From: Octopus bimaculoides
Taxonomy: Eukaryota
Assembly: GCF_001194135.2 (NCBI RefSeq)
Contig: NC_068985.1
Span: 26,090,002-26,154,001 of the forward strand
Length of the DNA: 64,000 bases
Direction: 5' to 3'
The position numbers and the translations under genes are program-made. Below the pieces are notes generated by a model. It ran no database searches, was not told the origin of the DNA, and worked only from the letters and a program-made list of their open reading frames with translations. Shown one piece after another: positions 50,601-61,543 of this stretch (positions within the stretch are counted from its first letter, which is position 1; each line of letters begins with the position of its first letter).

Positions 50601-52049
50601 CATATTGCATTACAGAATTTCCATTTGATTGTACATACCTTACTAGTAATAAATTGAGGGACAGGTCTATAACAATGCTACCATGTTTACTTCAGGAACA
50701 TAGTGATTTTTCTTCCACATAGAAGAGTAAACTGTTCACATAGCCTTTGTGTGAATTGCCACAAACCTGCATTTTGACAATTTAAGTAGCCCTTATAACT
50801 AATCAAACTTTACCCATTATGTTGATCTATGAGAAATAGTGCATGAGCAACTAATGTCAAGCCATGGATTCTTCTTAGGAGGATACAGTGATGCATTAGT
50901 AGGCTAGCAATGAAGTCCTAAATTTTCTGTCCAAAACATTTCCTAGAAACTGACTTTTTATAAGCTAAAAGTTCAGTCATGGTAAGTTAGTGGCAGATAT
51001 ATTTCTTTTCAATCTAACATACGTGAAGGACTTTCATCTCTCTGTTCATATCAGATGTATCCAATATCTCACAGAAGCTGCGATAAATGCAAACTTTATT
51101 TGTATCACTTTTTGTGTTGGTGCTGAAAGCTCTTATGGTTGATTACAGCATGCCATTAATCGTTCTTTGTCTTCAGGGTTTTTTTTTATATTTTCCTTTG
51201 TATACTCAAAATCCTGAAGATAACCTTCAAATATATCTTTAGGGTTAGTTATGTGCAAGGGAAGTCTCATATTGGTATTATATATGCCAGAAGCTAGTAA
51301 CAATTGTATGTTTTACAGTTAGTATAAGTTTCCGTTATGAATAGAAATACAAAACTGATAAACTTGTATTGTGGAGGTTACATTTTCATGATGGCTGTCA
51401 GCGAGTATATGTTGGATAAAATTGTAAATTGGTGTGCCAACTATTTAGGGTATTGAATGTATATATACCTAGCGGGAATAAGTTCTACTCATCATGTTTG
51501 AACAACATTCAGCTGTAAAAAGTAACTGCTCAAACAAGATCATACAGAAGACTTAGTTGTGCTCAGTCATAAATACGTTAACTAATTGGTGCCAACTTGG
51601 AATAGTAGAATATCAAATGAGGTTTGTCAGATACACAAAGAAAAAGTGTCCATGTTTTTTCTTCTTCACCACATTAAGTGATGCATTTACTTTCCATTTG
51701 AATTATCCTTTTAATCCTATGAATACTGATGGGGGGAAATTCTTTCAAATCTACTTTTCTTGCTATAAAATTGATCATTTTTGCATTTATAAGGTGTGCT
51801 TAATTTTGTGTATTTGAAGTATATGAAATGTGTACCAGCGTTTAAATACTGAAATCTTTGTAACAAGTTAATACTGACTGATGTACACATCATGGTTTTC
51901 TTAAAATATTTGCTACAGTATATCACTTCATTTATATGGTTTGTTAATCTTGTTCTCATAAACTGTTAAACATTTTGTAATAATTGCTTTTCTTTCTAAC
52001 AGGTAAAACTATTGCCATTGGAAAAGTTTTGAAAGTTATAAGAGACTAA
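27696..52049 (+). CDS. GSPT1: Eukaryotic peptide chain release factor GTP-binding subunit eRF3, full gene span, 14 coding exons, 552 aa
   Basis: Join of 27696-27900, 32315-32341, 34137-34310, 36088-36121, 36599-36676, 38760-38940, 39030-39184, 40094-40334, 42908-42988, 44581-44682, 44980-45051, 45211-45300, 48107-48278, 52003-52049 (1659 nt). Contains two PAM2 motifs, GHVDAGKS (G1), DAPGH (G3), NKMD (G4) and C-terminal [18 protein letters not shown]. Confidence 0.96.
29803..29985. repeat. Unclassified dispersed repeat (CTAGAAATAGC family)
   Basis: Similar sequence near 16105-16260 and in reverse orientation near 15395-15520 and 55300-55345. Confidence 0.55.
31295..31560 (+). mobile_element. 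tRNA-derived SINE (family B)
   Basis: ggtaagaagtttgtttccc..ggttcaatccca..ccttgagcaaatgccttcta..; related copies near 20035-20235, 24300-24480, 36725-36955, 43130-43230, 55450-55680 and 62095-62245; boundaries approximate. Confidence 0.65.
32315..32341 (+). CDS. GSPT1: eRF3 exon 2, 27-nt frame-preserving microexon (DDEMDDSNV)
   Basis: tttgtcattcatag acceptor, G|GTAAGT donor, phase 1-1, stop-free and acidic like the neighbouring linker. Confidence 0.75.
34137..34310 (+). CDS. GSPT1: eRF3 exon 3 ([15 protein letters not shown]...[13 protein letters not shown])
   Basis: cttttaag acceptor, TAG|GTAAGT donor; start of G domain. Confidence 0.93.
35270..35422. other. Assembly gap (153 N)
   Basis: Run of n next to a (CA)n microsatellite. 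Confidence 1.
35601..35638 (+). repeat. (AC)n microsatellite
   Basis: 19 uninterrupted AC units; another (TA)n(CA)n run at 35221-35269 abuts the N gap. Confidence 0.95.
36088..36121 (+). CDS. GSPT1: eRF3 exon 4 ([12 protein letters not shown]), P-loop
   Basis: 34 nt; cttttag acceptor, AT|GTAAGA donor. Confidence 0.95.
36599..36676 (+). CDS. GSPT1: eRF3 exon 5 ([26 protein letters not shown])
   Basis: 78 nt; cacag acceptor, TG|GTTAGT donor. Confidence 0.95.
37649..37833. mobile_element. piggyBac-type MITE, internally shortened
   Basis: TTAA-CCCTTTAGCATT ... AATGCTAAAGGG-TTAA. Confidence 0.88.
38760..38940 (+). CDS. GSPT1: eRF3 exon 6 ([22 protein letters not shown]...[24 protein letters not shown])
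   Basis: 181 nt; matches ORF track 38614..39003; donor CTT|GTGAGT. Confidence 0.97.
39030..39184 (+). CDS. GSPT1: eRF3 exon 7 ([22 protein letters not shown]...[14 protein letters not shown])
   Basis: 155 nt after an 89-nt intron; weak donor CG|GTACAG. Confidence 0.96.
40094..40334 (+). CDS. GSPT1: eRF3 exon 8 ([33 protein letters not shown]...[11 protein letters not shown])
   Basis: 241 nt; long pyrimidine tract with tag acceptor, AAG|GTATTA donor. Confidence 0.95.
40766..42802 (-). mobile_element. Degenerate piggyBac (PGBD4-like) transposon in eRF3 intron 8
   Basis: 42009-42374 [29 protein letters not shown], then in other frames [27 protein letters not shown] and C-terminal [16 protein letters not shown]. 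Possible termini TTAA|CCCTTTCA (40762) and TGAAAGGG|TTAG (42806); the pairing of these ends is uncertain. Confidence 0.8.
42908..42988 (+). CDS. GSPT1: eRF3 exon 9 ([27 protein letters not shown])
   Basis: 81 nt; AAA|GTAAGT donor. Confidence 0.95.
44581..44682 (+). CDS. GSPT1: eRF3 exon 10 ([34 protein letters not shown])
   Basis: 102 nt; atttcag acceptor, GAG|GTAGCA donor. Confidence 0.94.
44980..45051 (+). CDS. GSPT1: eRF3 exon 11 ([24 protein letters not shown])
   Basis: 72 nt; CAG|GTTAAT donor. Confidence 0.95.
45211..45300 (+). CDS. GSPT1: eRF3 exon 12 ([30 protein letters not shown])
   Basis: 90 nt; AAA|GTAAGT donor. Confidence 0.96.
46707..46955 (+). mobile_element. tRNA-headed repeat with hammerhead-remnant tail
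   Basis: A box TGGCGTAGTGG and B box GTTCGATTCC (46757-46766), (AAT)n, then GCTG-gagggtatat-CAGC-T-GAAAC (46844-46867). Confidence 0.6.
48107..48278 (+). CDS. GSPT1: eRF3 exon 13 ([25 protein letters not shown]...[13 protein letters not shown])
   Basis: 172 nt; ttttctttatag acceptor, AAG|GTAAAG donor. Confidence 0.95.
52003..52049 (+). CDS. GSPT1: eRF3 terminal coding exon ([15 protein letters not shown])
   Basis: ctttctaacag acceptor; TAA at 52047-52049. Confidence 0.95.
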
Positions 52050-52243
52050 AATAGAAAATAAGAATACATTAATGTATTTTGGAAGAACTTGGAAAGCCAA
52101 CACTCATAAATTCCTGTTTTTGGAATGGGAATGTATATGATGAAGTGGTACGCTAATTGAAGACTGACATGAACAATGTAGCAAACAGCGATGTTTGCAT
52201 AGTTAAATTCATGCAGGAGAGCAGTTTTTATCTGCTGTCTGTT

Positions 52244-52260
52244 AATAAAGAAATAATAAA
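52244..52260 (+). terminator. Tandem AATAAA polyadenylation signals of eRF3 (candidate)
   Basis: AATAAA at 52244-52249 and 52255-52260, about 200 nt after the stop, followed by T/CT-rich sequence. Confidence 0.5.
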
Positions 52261-54477
52261 GGAAATTTAAATTACTATGAATCCTTCCTAAATTAAGACA
52301 TTTCTTTCTTCAGCACTCCCTCCCATCCCCATTCATGCTTCCAGTCCTAAATTTCATTTGTAAGGTCTTTCAGCTTCTCATTTCTTGTTTTAAAAATGTA
52401 CTACCATTTCTAACAGTAACTTTACAGTACATAATTTTATTAGGGGTAATTTTAATTTAAAGTATTTTAATTTGATAAATTAACTACTGTAGTATACAAA
52501 AGCTGTTGCAAGTAACATGTTTCATGTAATCTTTGTGAGATCAATACAAAATTGCGTAAACAGCCATAAATTGACTTTTTACTATTAGATTGGAACAGGT
52601 GTTTTGAGAGCCAGACTACAAACTCTATGGTGTCTAATTTAGTGAGGTCCCGTGTGAGATTAAATCCTATAAAGGTTCATTTTTTAACTTTTAATCCCTC
52701 CAGGATCAGTTAGATATCTACCAGTTACATTCTGAAGCTGATGAAAATGAACTGGGTATCATTAAAACAAACCTTGTGCCTGATGTAAACAATGTTTACT
52801 AGCAAAATCTTCAAGGCTATAAGCAGTAGTCATTTTAATCCCCATTCTCTTTAAACATGTTTTCATTTGATTACATCAAATACTCACTACATGGGTTTTA
52901 TTATAAAATTTTTAGATCCAAAAGCGGATTAATTTCAATGACAGTTTTTAAGATGCCTTTCTCATCAAGAGGCTAATGCTTCAATTTGGTCTTCAGCTGG
53001 ACTGCAAACCATAGCAAGCCTTGCAATTTTATATCCCCGTTTTTTTTTTTGTTTGTTTTTTTTTTAAACATATATGCTTAGCAAGAAATCTAATGGGTTT
53101 CTAGTGGCTCTATTGAATGCCTATGCAAATTATCCTGTTCCTTATTCTTATGTGCAAGAGAAGAGATACATTTATTTTGAAACCTCCATAAGAGTTTGTT
53201 TTCTTTCTGAAATTAATATTGTTTGTTAACTGGTGATAGCAGCAGTTGCAGGAGGTTTATGAGTCTTTATGAACTTGTTATTAAAAATTTGAGCTTCATT
53301 ATTTGTTGAAACCTTTTTGTTTTTCCAAGAAAGGGAAAAAAACTTTGCAATTACCTGAATTATTTGACATGTTTACTATTTAAAATTTATTTTTATAATA
53401 GTTAACTCAGTTAATCTTTAAAGTACCAAAGATTTTTGTTTTTGTTCCCTCTCTCCAGATCTGATAAAATGCTGCCTGGTCTTTTTAATTTGGGGAATTG
53501 AATATACCAGTCTAAACTGCACTGCATAATCTTTTCAGATTATGTCTCATTTAAAGATAATCTTTGCATGTCAATTGGTTATAGTTCCCATTTGCCTCTC
53601 TCTTTCTCTGAACAATACCCTCAAAGATTTTGTTGGGTTTAAAACTTTGGTCAACCCTCCTATATGGCTCTATTGTTGAGAGCTATCAGGTGTTGCAGAT
53701 ATTCTTATCTAAAGCCTAACTTTTACTACATAAAAAAATTTAGAAAATGTTCAAGGAAACACTTGGTCCATGAAGAAAAAAAAATAAAATTAAAAGCTAA
53801 CACAGTTCTTGTTTTTTTTTTATTTTTATAATAGTTGAAACCTTTGAATTTTGTATGGAATGTTATATTTAGAAAATATGTCCAATCATGTAAGTTATCA
53901 ACATTTTAGGGGAATGGTGTTTTCTTAAATACCATATTATGAATCCAGTTAAACATTTGAAGTTAGGGTTGCTGTTTCCAGATTCGAATTAAAATTCTCT
54001 TAATGAAATTAAATTGAGCATTGTTTTTAACCAAATGATTGATATAATTGGCCAATTCTACAAAAGCAATTGGGAATTGACGAATATATTTATTTGATTT
54101 GTATATGAAGATGCTGTTAAACAGTGTCCTAAGCAATGGCTTGTAGAATTGCCTCTCAAAGTAAATTATTTAAACTTTTCAGTTATATAGGGTTTATATA
54201 TATATTTTTTTTTCTAACTGAAACCTGCTGAACTTTTTTTTACCCTCACCAAATATATTTTAGTACACAAATAGTTTTGTTACAAATTCATAAAATATCA
54301 TCCACTTTATTTACACCTTTTCTTTTTTCTTTATGAAATCATTTGTAGATAGTATTTTTTTTTCTTTAGCGATGTATCCCCCAAAATTACTTTAAGATCT
54401 GGAAGGTTTTCATAATCCCAAACTTGTGTGAATATGTATTAAGATGAGAAACAAAAATATGGCCTTTTTTTTTTTTT

Positions 54478-54848
54478 TTAAATAAATTCAATTCCTTCAA
54501 ATTTTTGATTTCCTATTTTAGTTTCTGCTAACAGTACATTCCCATTAATGTTAAATGATTGTATATAAGAAGCAATGTTGCCATTGTCTTCTTCGGATTT
54601 CAATGCTATTATCACAGTATCATGTGTGCCTGGCACAAACTTAAAAGATGAATAACCATGTGTAGGATTTAATGGTTGAATATACCGGATCTGTATTTGA
54701 GAGAATTTTTCATCACAACTAATAAGTATATTAGTAGCTCGCCGTTCATCTGCATTCTCATCATAGGATTCTCTACTGAGGCGTCGGGGTAAAAAAAACC
54801 AACGTCTATGAATGGTACTCCAAACAGCTGACTCGTGTATGAGGTAAC
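54478..54848 (-). CDS. CANT1: CANT1 last coding exon
   Basis: 371 nt; ccactacag acceptor; ends GIEFI-TAA (54480-54478). Confidence 0.95.
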
Positions 54849-57800
54849 CTGTAGTGGGGATTTTAAAAGAAAAAAAAGTTCAGAATAGAGTTTAATCTTG
54901 ATATAGTTTATGATCAAAATTTCCAAAAATTGGTATCACTTAATAATGTGTATAAATATTAATTATTTGCCTATTATTCTAAGATTAGGAAGTGTTTCAC
55001 CTGCTGAGTATCTCAAATGTTTTCAATTTTACAGCATACAAGTTTCATAGAAGACCAGCCCTTAATCTCTAATTTAAACGGGAGAAAAAAGTTGCTAGTA
55101 TTAAAATATTTTAATTCTTCCCTAATTTACTAATCTTAATATTAGAATTTTTTTTTTTTTAAGTCATCTCTTCAAAAGTGAAGGTATTTAGTATGACAAA
55201 ACAAAATTACATTCTTCAAATTCCTACTGGTTTCATCCTTGATCAAACAAATCTCAGATCAAAGATTGTAGAGGCTTTACCATCATGTCTTTTTAGGAGT
55301 ACATTGACTTAAATGAGATTTGGCAGCTATTTCTAGCAGGTCAAATATAGTAATTATTACTACAAAGCTAGTCACCTTTCAAGAAAAATCTTAGATATAC
55401 TGAATTCATTTCACCTCTTCCAATCTAGATATAATATCTTCCAACTTACTGTCTTAATTTTTCTGTAGGCATAGTTACAAAGTTTGCTTCCCAAACACAT
55501 GGTTTCAAGTTTAGTCCCACTGCACAACATCTTGGGCAAGTATCCTCTACTGTTGCTTTAGTAGACAGAAACTGCAAGAAGTCTGTTGGAATACATGTGT
55601 TTGTCCACCACCACTTGACAACTAGTATTGGTTTGCTAACATCATTATAACTCAACAGCTCAGCAAGAGAGACTGATAAAAAAAAAAGTACCAGGCTTAG
55701 AAATAAGCACTGGGTTGACTAAACCCATTAAGGTGGTGCTCCAGTATGGCCACAGTCTTCTGACAGGAACAAGTCCAGATGGATAACCAAGTCCTCTGCA
55801 GATTTTCTGAGTCCATGGATCTATACTTAAAAATTTTCTACAGTGCAGGCAAGGTTTTTTTTTTTTTTTTAAGGAAACTAGTTTACCCATGCATACAAGT
55901 CTTCTGGCAGATTACTGTCAGAAAACAAAGTCATTACTTTCTACACACCAACAAAACTGCCATAGATTGGTTCTATGACCTCAAAAGGATAAAAGGCACT
56001 GGCTGGGGTCAAAACAATCATACAAGTACTAAGCTTATTTTACTACATCTAGTCTTTTAAAAAGGTTCTTACACTCCTCTTTTGCTGGTGCAGTCCCAGT
56101 CCAGTGAGTGAAACCAATGAAAGAACATCCTTTAATGCTTCTGCTTTCCACTTATAATCATCAGCACTCAAAAATAAATCACATCTACCTTAAACTTGAA
56201 AAATCATTAGAAATTTTTTAATAACCTCATCTAGTTTTCTGCCAAGTGATGTCATTTCTCCTATCAAATTGTCCACTGGCTATATATGCCTCCAAGGATG
56301 TGAAACCAGAGGCCTCATTATCAAGAAGTGGGATGAGATGGGGTTGACAACAAGAGTATCCAGCTGTGAAAGTGCCTTGATAACATTTGTCTAACCCATG
56401 CTAGCATAGAAAAAAAAAGGATGTAAAAACGTATACATGTATATCCTTATAATGACTACTAAGCACTTTTAATAAGTACAAACAACATATATAATATAAT
56501 CAATACAGATTGAAGTGGATCAAGGCAACTGGTGAAAGCAATGAACATGTTTTTCTATTATTAGACCTATCATTCTATGAACCTGACAAGATTAAGATTG
56601 CAATAGGTTTTCTGTTAGAAATATGTAAATTTTTACACATGCTTTTTTTTTGTACATATTGTGGAAGTTAGTAATATTCTATAGAACAATATCTGAATTT
56701 CTCTCGAGGACTTGATTCAGTAGCAGATTATTGTAATTTTACTTATTAAATTTGTAGGTTACCAGTAAACAGCTGTTCAATAGATTAGATTTGCAAGCCA
56801 TATATTTTCACAAAACTAGAGCAATTTCAAGCTACATCCAAAGTAGACTCATTTAATAAAGTTTACTGATGTGACTATTAAAAAGTTATGTAAATTTCAT
56901 GGAAAACTTAAGTAATTCTAATATGAAATTATCTACAATTTTTTTGAAGTTATATGTTCTACAGGGTGTCCACAAGGTCTGGGTACATGGAGTAAATAAA
57001 ATCATGACAAACAATTAAATATAAAAAATAATAATTTCTTAAAGTATGTGTTAATCCCCATGTGAGTACATGGAGTAAATAAAATCATGACATAAACAAT
57101 TAAATATAAGAAATAATTTCTTAAAGTATGTGTTAATCCCCATGTACCCAGACTTTGTGGACACCCTGTATAAAAGGTTCAAAATTTAGACCTTCAAAAT
57201 CTCTATGAATTAAAGAAAACATTGCAACTTAACTCAGTGCCTGAGTAATATTTAAAACTTTACATTTTGTGTTTTGAATATCAAAATGTATGTTTCATTG
57301 AATTTTCATTCTTTGAGATAAAACAGCTAACATTACTTAGTTTGTTATGGTTTAAAAAAATACACTTTCTAGATTTACTTAACCCATTACCTTCCATAAT
57401 TCTATTAACTGGAATTTTTTTATGAAACTTTGATTTCTAGCATAAAACAGCCTTAGAAACATGCTGGAATGATCAAAATAACATTTTAAATAGAAATAAG
57501 CGAGATATTGGGTGAAGAATTAGCAAACCACATTTGAATATCAGAAATATACCTAGTAGATATAGCAAAAAGGTTAGATATATGTAAATATTGACAGATA
57601 ATTACGAAATTTGTAATTTTTAAGTGATCTCATATGAGATCACTGGTAGGTAATGGGTTAAGTCTAAACATGTTTTTGTAGAGTTGTGCAACATCATACC
57701 TGGAAGCATAGTTCTTGTTTTTTTCCTTAATGCATTATAATTTTCATGCCAATCGATATGTTTAACAGCACCATCCTTGTTTATAACCTTAATCCATTGG

Positions 57801-57903
57801 GGGTTCAAATTTTTAACTACACCAGTGGTTGATGTCCATTCTTTGCCCAAACTTCCAACATATAAATTTTCATCTTTAACACATGCCCATTCACTTTTAA
57901 AAC
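54478..57903 (-). CDS. CANT1: Soluble calcium-activated nucleotidase 1 (apyrase), 3' part only (last two coding exons)
   Basis: Exons 57700-57903 and 54478-54848 give GFKSEWACVKDENLYVGSLGKEWT...GYLIHESAVWS..RRWFFLPRR...HGYSSFKFVPGT..IIALKSEED...KFEGIEFI*. No upstream exons found up to 64000. Confidence 0.95.
56962..57168. mobile_element. Tc1/mariner-type MITE with 29-bp TIRs in a CANT1 intron
   Basis: TA|CAGGGTGTCCACAAGGTCTGGGTACATGG ... CCATGTACCCAGACTTTGTGGACACCCTG|TA (1 mismatch); internal ~83-bp tandem duplication. Confidence 0.92.
57700..57903 (-). CDS. CANT1: CANT1 penultimate coding exon
   Basis: 204 nt; ttatttgcag acceptor, CAG|GTATGA donor; overlaps ORF track 57620..57850. Confidence 0.95.
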
Positions 57904-58904
57904 CTGCAAATAAATGAATATATAAATTTAAAAAAAAGTAATTTGAGGAATATTTGCATTATATGAGGCTAGCCACCTTGGATATGGGGAGTGGAATAGC
58001 AAGAGATATTTAAGTAAATAATGAACATAAAGCAATGACAGTAAGAGCTTAAATATATTCAGGTTTAGTTAAATGTTGCAGCTCAATAAATTTGCAAATT
58101 AATATTGAAAGTGTGAACACAACACTAAGCATTTCCCATAGCAGCATAACTGAACTAACTCTTCAGAAATCATTAGGCATGAATAATACTGGTTGAAACC
58201 ACTAAAAAGTTGACAAAGAGCACAATTTTCTCCAAGATGCTTAAAAGATCCAACCACAAGAATACTGCTCTTTGTTCTGGTACTAAATCATCTGCTTTCC
58301 CTATAGAGGAAGGCAAGTAGCACAAGTACACTTCCTCCTGCTATAATAATTAGAAACAATTATTAACTAATCAGTCTTAATTGACAATTTTTACATATAT
58401 ACTACTACCAAATGGTAAAGATTTTTATTAATTACACATTACTGTGACCTTTATGAGCATAATAAATACCTTCTACGTTCTAGCAACACAGAAATAACAC
58501 TTTGACAGTCACATGGTTACTAGATGTAACATGTTGAAATTTCTAGTCAGAACAATTTTTCTAAAAGTCAATATTCACACCTGAAACAACAGTCAGCAAA
58601 AACAACACATTTTGGTACAGATGCATACATAAAGACTCTTCTCCAGTTATTATTTTTTTTACTTCCAAAGAACCATAGATAAATTCATGGAAGAGAACCT
58701 CCATGATACTTGCTCTTAACATTATTTAGATAATGTTAAAATGAGAGCAAGTAGAGGATATTTCATTTCACACATGCAAGCTTGGAAAAGTGGATGTTGA
58801 ATGAAGATGACTGGCATGCATTTCAGAATAAATAACACTAGCTTCTAAATTTAGTGGTTGTTTAATTCCAGTTTTAATATTTAATATTTTCTGAAGGCAA
58901 TAAG

Positions 58905-59103
58905 CCGGCAAAAATGATAGCATGCCAGGCAAAATGCTTAGTGGAATCCATCTTTAAGTTCTGAGTTCAATCTCAGCTGAAATCAATTTTATCTTTCATC
59001 CTTTAGGGGTCAATAAAATAAGTACTGGTTGATCACTGGAATCGATGTAAGTGATTTACCCCCTCCCCCAAAATTGCTGGCCTTGAGCCAAATTGTGAAA
59101 CCA
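58905..59103 (+). mobile_element. SINE family A copy
   Basis: Same body (ttctgagttcaa..ctttcatcctttaggggtcaataaaataagtac..ctggccttg..tgaaacc); boundaries approximate. Confidence 0.7.
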
Positions 59104-59301
59104 ACATTTTCCTTTAACTGAAATATTTATATTATAATAAGCAATTCATTTTATCAGTATAGGTAGTAATCATGGAGACATGATAAATTTATATGTATTT
59201 AAATCAAAGTTCTAGTGGTGACTGTAGTTAATTTAAATTTAATTTATTATTGATGTGCACACAAATTTAACTTATTTCTAATTTCTTTGTTCAAACTTTT
59301 A

Positions 59302-59333
<32 letters not shown>

Positions 59334-59401
59334 ATATATTGAACTAGTTTCAATTCCTTTTAATATATATCAAACTAGTTTCAGTTCCTTTAGTTCATAT
59401 A

Positions 59402-60399
59402 TGAGGGGGTACCCAAAAGTAACCAGAAATGCTCTCTATGGGACAAGCCCGTTTGTAGTTCAGGCTTCCGCCACTAGAAGCCACTTGATATGATCCTCAG
59501 TGTCCAGTGGAATCATACTGCATCTTTGTTTTGTAGTGCTTCTCCCCTGTTTGTCAACTTTTGTGATGGCTGAAACAAAGGAACAGCATGCTTCCGTGAA
59601 ATTCTGTTTTCTGCTGGGTAAAAAAGGTCACCCAAAACAGTTGTCAGGGCAGCTTCAAACAGCTTACAGGGACACTGTGCCATGAGCAAAACACAAGCTT
59701 ACAAGTGGTTTTCACACTTTAGAAATGGTCACTTGTCGCTTGAAGACTAACCTTGTTCAGGACAACCTTCAACCTCCCAAATGAATGAAAACATCATAAA
59801 AATTCATGAACTGATCTTGGAGGACCATCACCAAACAATTGACAAATTCGATATGACTGGAGTGTCCTGGAGCTTCTGCCAACGAATTTTGAATGAGGAA
59901 TTGCAAATGAAAAGAGTTGCTGCAAAATGTGTGCCTCGCTTACTCACACTTGCTTCAAATGGAGAATACTTTGAAAGTGATTAAAGTGTAAACATGTAAA
60001 ACTTAGTCAATAAAATGATATTGCAAAATTTTGGTTTCCTTTGGATAAACCCTTATATGCTAGTGATAAGATTATTACCATGACAAAAGCAGTCACAACT
60101 GAAAGCATTTCGTGAACTGAAAGAACAGTTGGAAGTTGATCCAGACCTTTTTTTCAAAGGTCATCACTGGTGACGAAAGCTAGTACTATGGAATTTGCAG
60201 ATGTAAAAGAGGTGAAGAAAAGAACCAAAGGAGGCATTAAAAGGCATCACTTCGCAAGAGTTCCAGGACTACTTCCAATTGTGGAAAACACATTACTTCA
60301 AATGAAGAATACTTTGAAAATGTATAAAAGTGTAAACATGTAAAACTAAGTCAATAAAATGATATTGCAAAATTTTGGATTCTTTTGGGTACCCCCTCA
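59402..60399 (+). mobile_element. Internally deleted mariner transposon with TA target duplication
   Basis: TA|TGAGGGGGTACCCAAAAG ... CTTTTGGGTACCCCCTCA|TA; EQHASVKFCFLLGKK..KRVAAKCVPRLLT, KVITGDES and C-terminal GEYFE fragments. Confidence 0.9.
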
Positions 60400-60544
60400 T
60401 ATACTAGTGATAAGATTATTGTCATGACAACTGTAATGTGTTCAGTATAAGGATTCAGTATATTTTTCCATGTTCTTTTGGTTATTTGTTTCAGTCATTT
60501 GACTGCAGTCATGCTGGAGCACCACCTTTAGTCGAACAAATTGG

Positions 60545-61543
60545 GAGTGTAGCTGCGAGAATAAGATTAGGCTGGGCAAAGTTCAGAGAGCTCCTACCCC
60601 TGCTGGCAACAAAGGGCCTCTTTCTCGGAGTGAAAGGCAGATTGTTTGATGCCTATGTGTGAACAGCCATGCTGCATGGCAGTGAAACATGGGCTGTGAC
60701 TGCCAAAGACATGTGTAGGCTTGAAAGAAATGAAGCCAGCATGCTTTGCTGGATGTACAACGTCAGTGTGCATGTATGACAGAGTGTAAGCATCTTGAGA
60801 GAAAATTCAGGCAAAAAAGGCATCAGATGTAGTGTGCAAGAGATACAACTGCACTGGTATGGTCATGTGATGCATATGGATGAGGACAGCTGTGTAAAGA
60901 AGTGCTGATGTTTAACTGTGGAGAAAACCTGTGGTAGAGGTAGACCCAGGAAGACATGGAACAAGGTGGTGAAGCATGATCTTCGAACTTGGAGCCTCAC
61001 AGAAGCAATGACTAGTAACCAAGACCTTTGGCGATGTGCTGTGCTTGTGAGGACCCATCAAGTCAAATACACCTGTGCTAGTGGCACATAAAGAACACCT
61101 TTCGAGTGTTGGGCCTCATGGAGGCAAAATGGCTGAGCTCCTTTCAAGTGTTGGGCCACACCGAGGAAAAGTGGCTGAGTTCTTTTTGAGTGTTGGGCCT
61201 CACGGAGACAATGACCAAGACCTTTGGCATTATGTCATGCTTGAGAAGAAAACTCATCAAGCCAAGCAAAATCGCAGTTGTGGCAGATACCAGTGTTACA
61301 CAAATTGGTGCCCATGCCGGTGGCATATAAGAGCACCCTGGTGTCATGCAAATCGCACCCGTGCCAGTGGCACGTAAAAGCACATGTTACACTCTCAGAG
61401 TGGTTGGGATTAGGAAGGGCATCCAGCCATAGAAAACCAAGCCAAATCAAACTGGAGTCTGGTGTAACCTTCCAGCATGCCAGTCCAGTCAAACCATCCA
61501 GCCCATGCCAGTATGGACAATGTGAGTTAAATGATGGTGATGA
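60545..61543 (+). mobile_element. 5'-truncated RTE-type LINE
   Basis: VAARIRLGWAKFRELLPLLATKGLFLGVKGRLFDAYV*TAMLHGSETWAVT...GRGRPRKTW; 3 x ~42-bp repeats in the 3'UTR (about 61080-61230); ATGATGGTGATGA tail; preceded by a SINE head fragment (about 60475-60541). Confidence 0.88.

Noticed and set aside
52165-52205. SECIS-like ATGA..AAA pattern in the eRF3 3'UTR
   Set aside because: Helix II cannot form, and eRF3 has no in-frame TGA.
52737-52790. Hammerhead-like CTGATGA-A-AATGA..TCATT-AAAAC
   Set aside because: G12 is missing, there is no stem III/NUH triplet and no stem I partner.
54669-54926. 85-aa ORF (MEILIINY...)
   Set aside because: Wrong frame over the CANT1 last exon and its acceptor.
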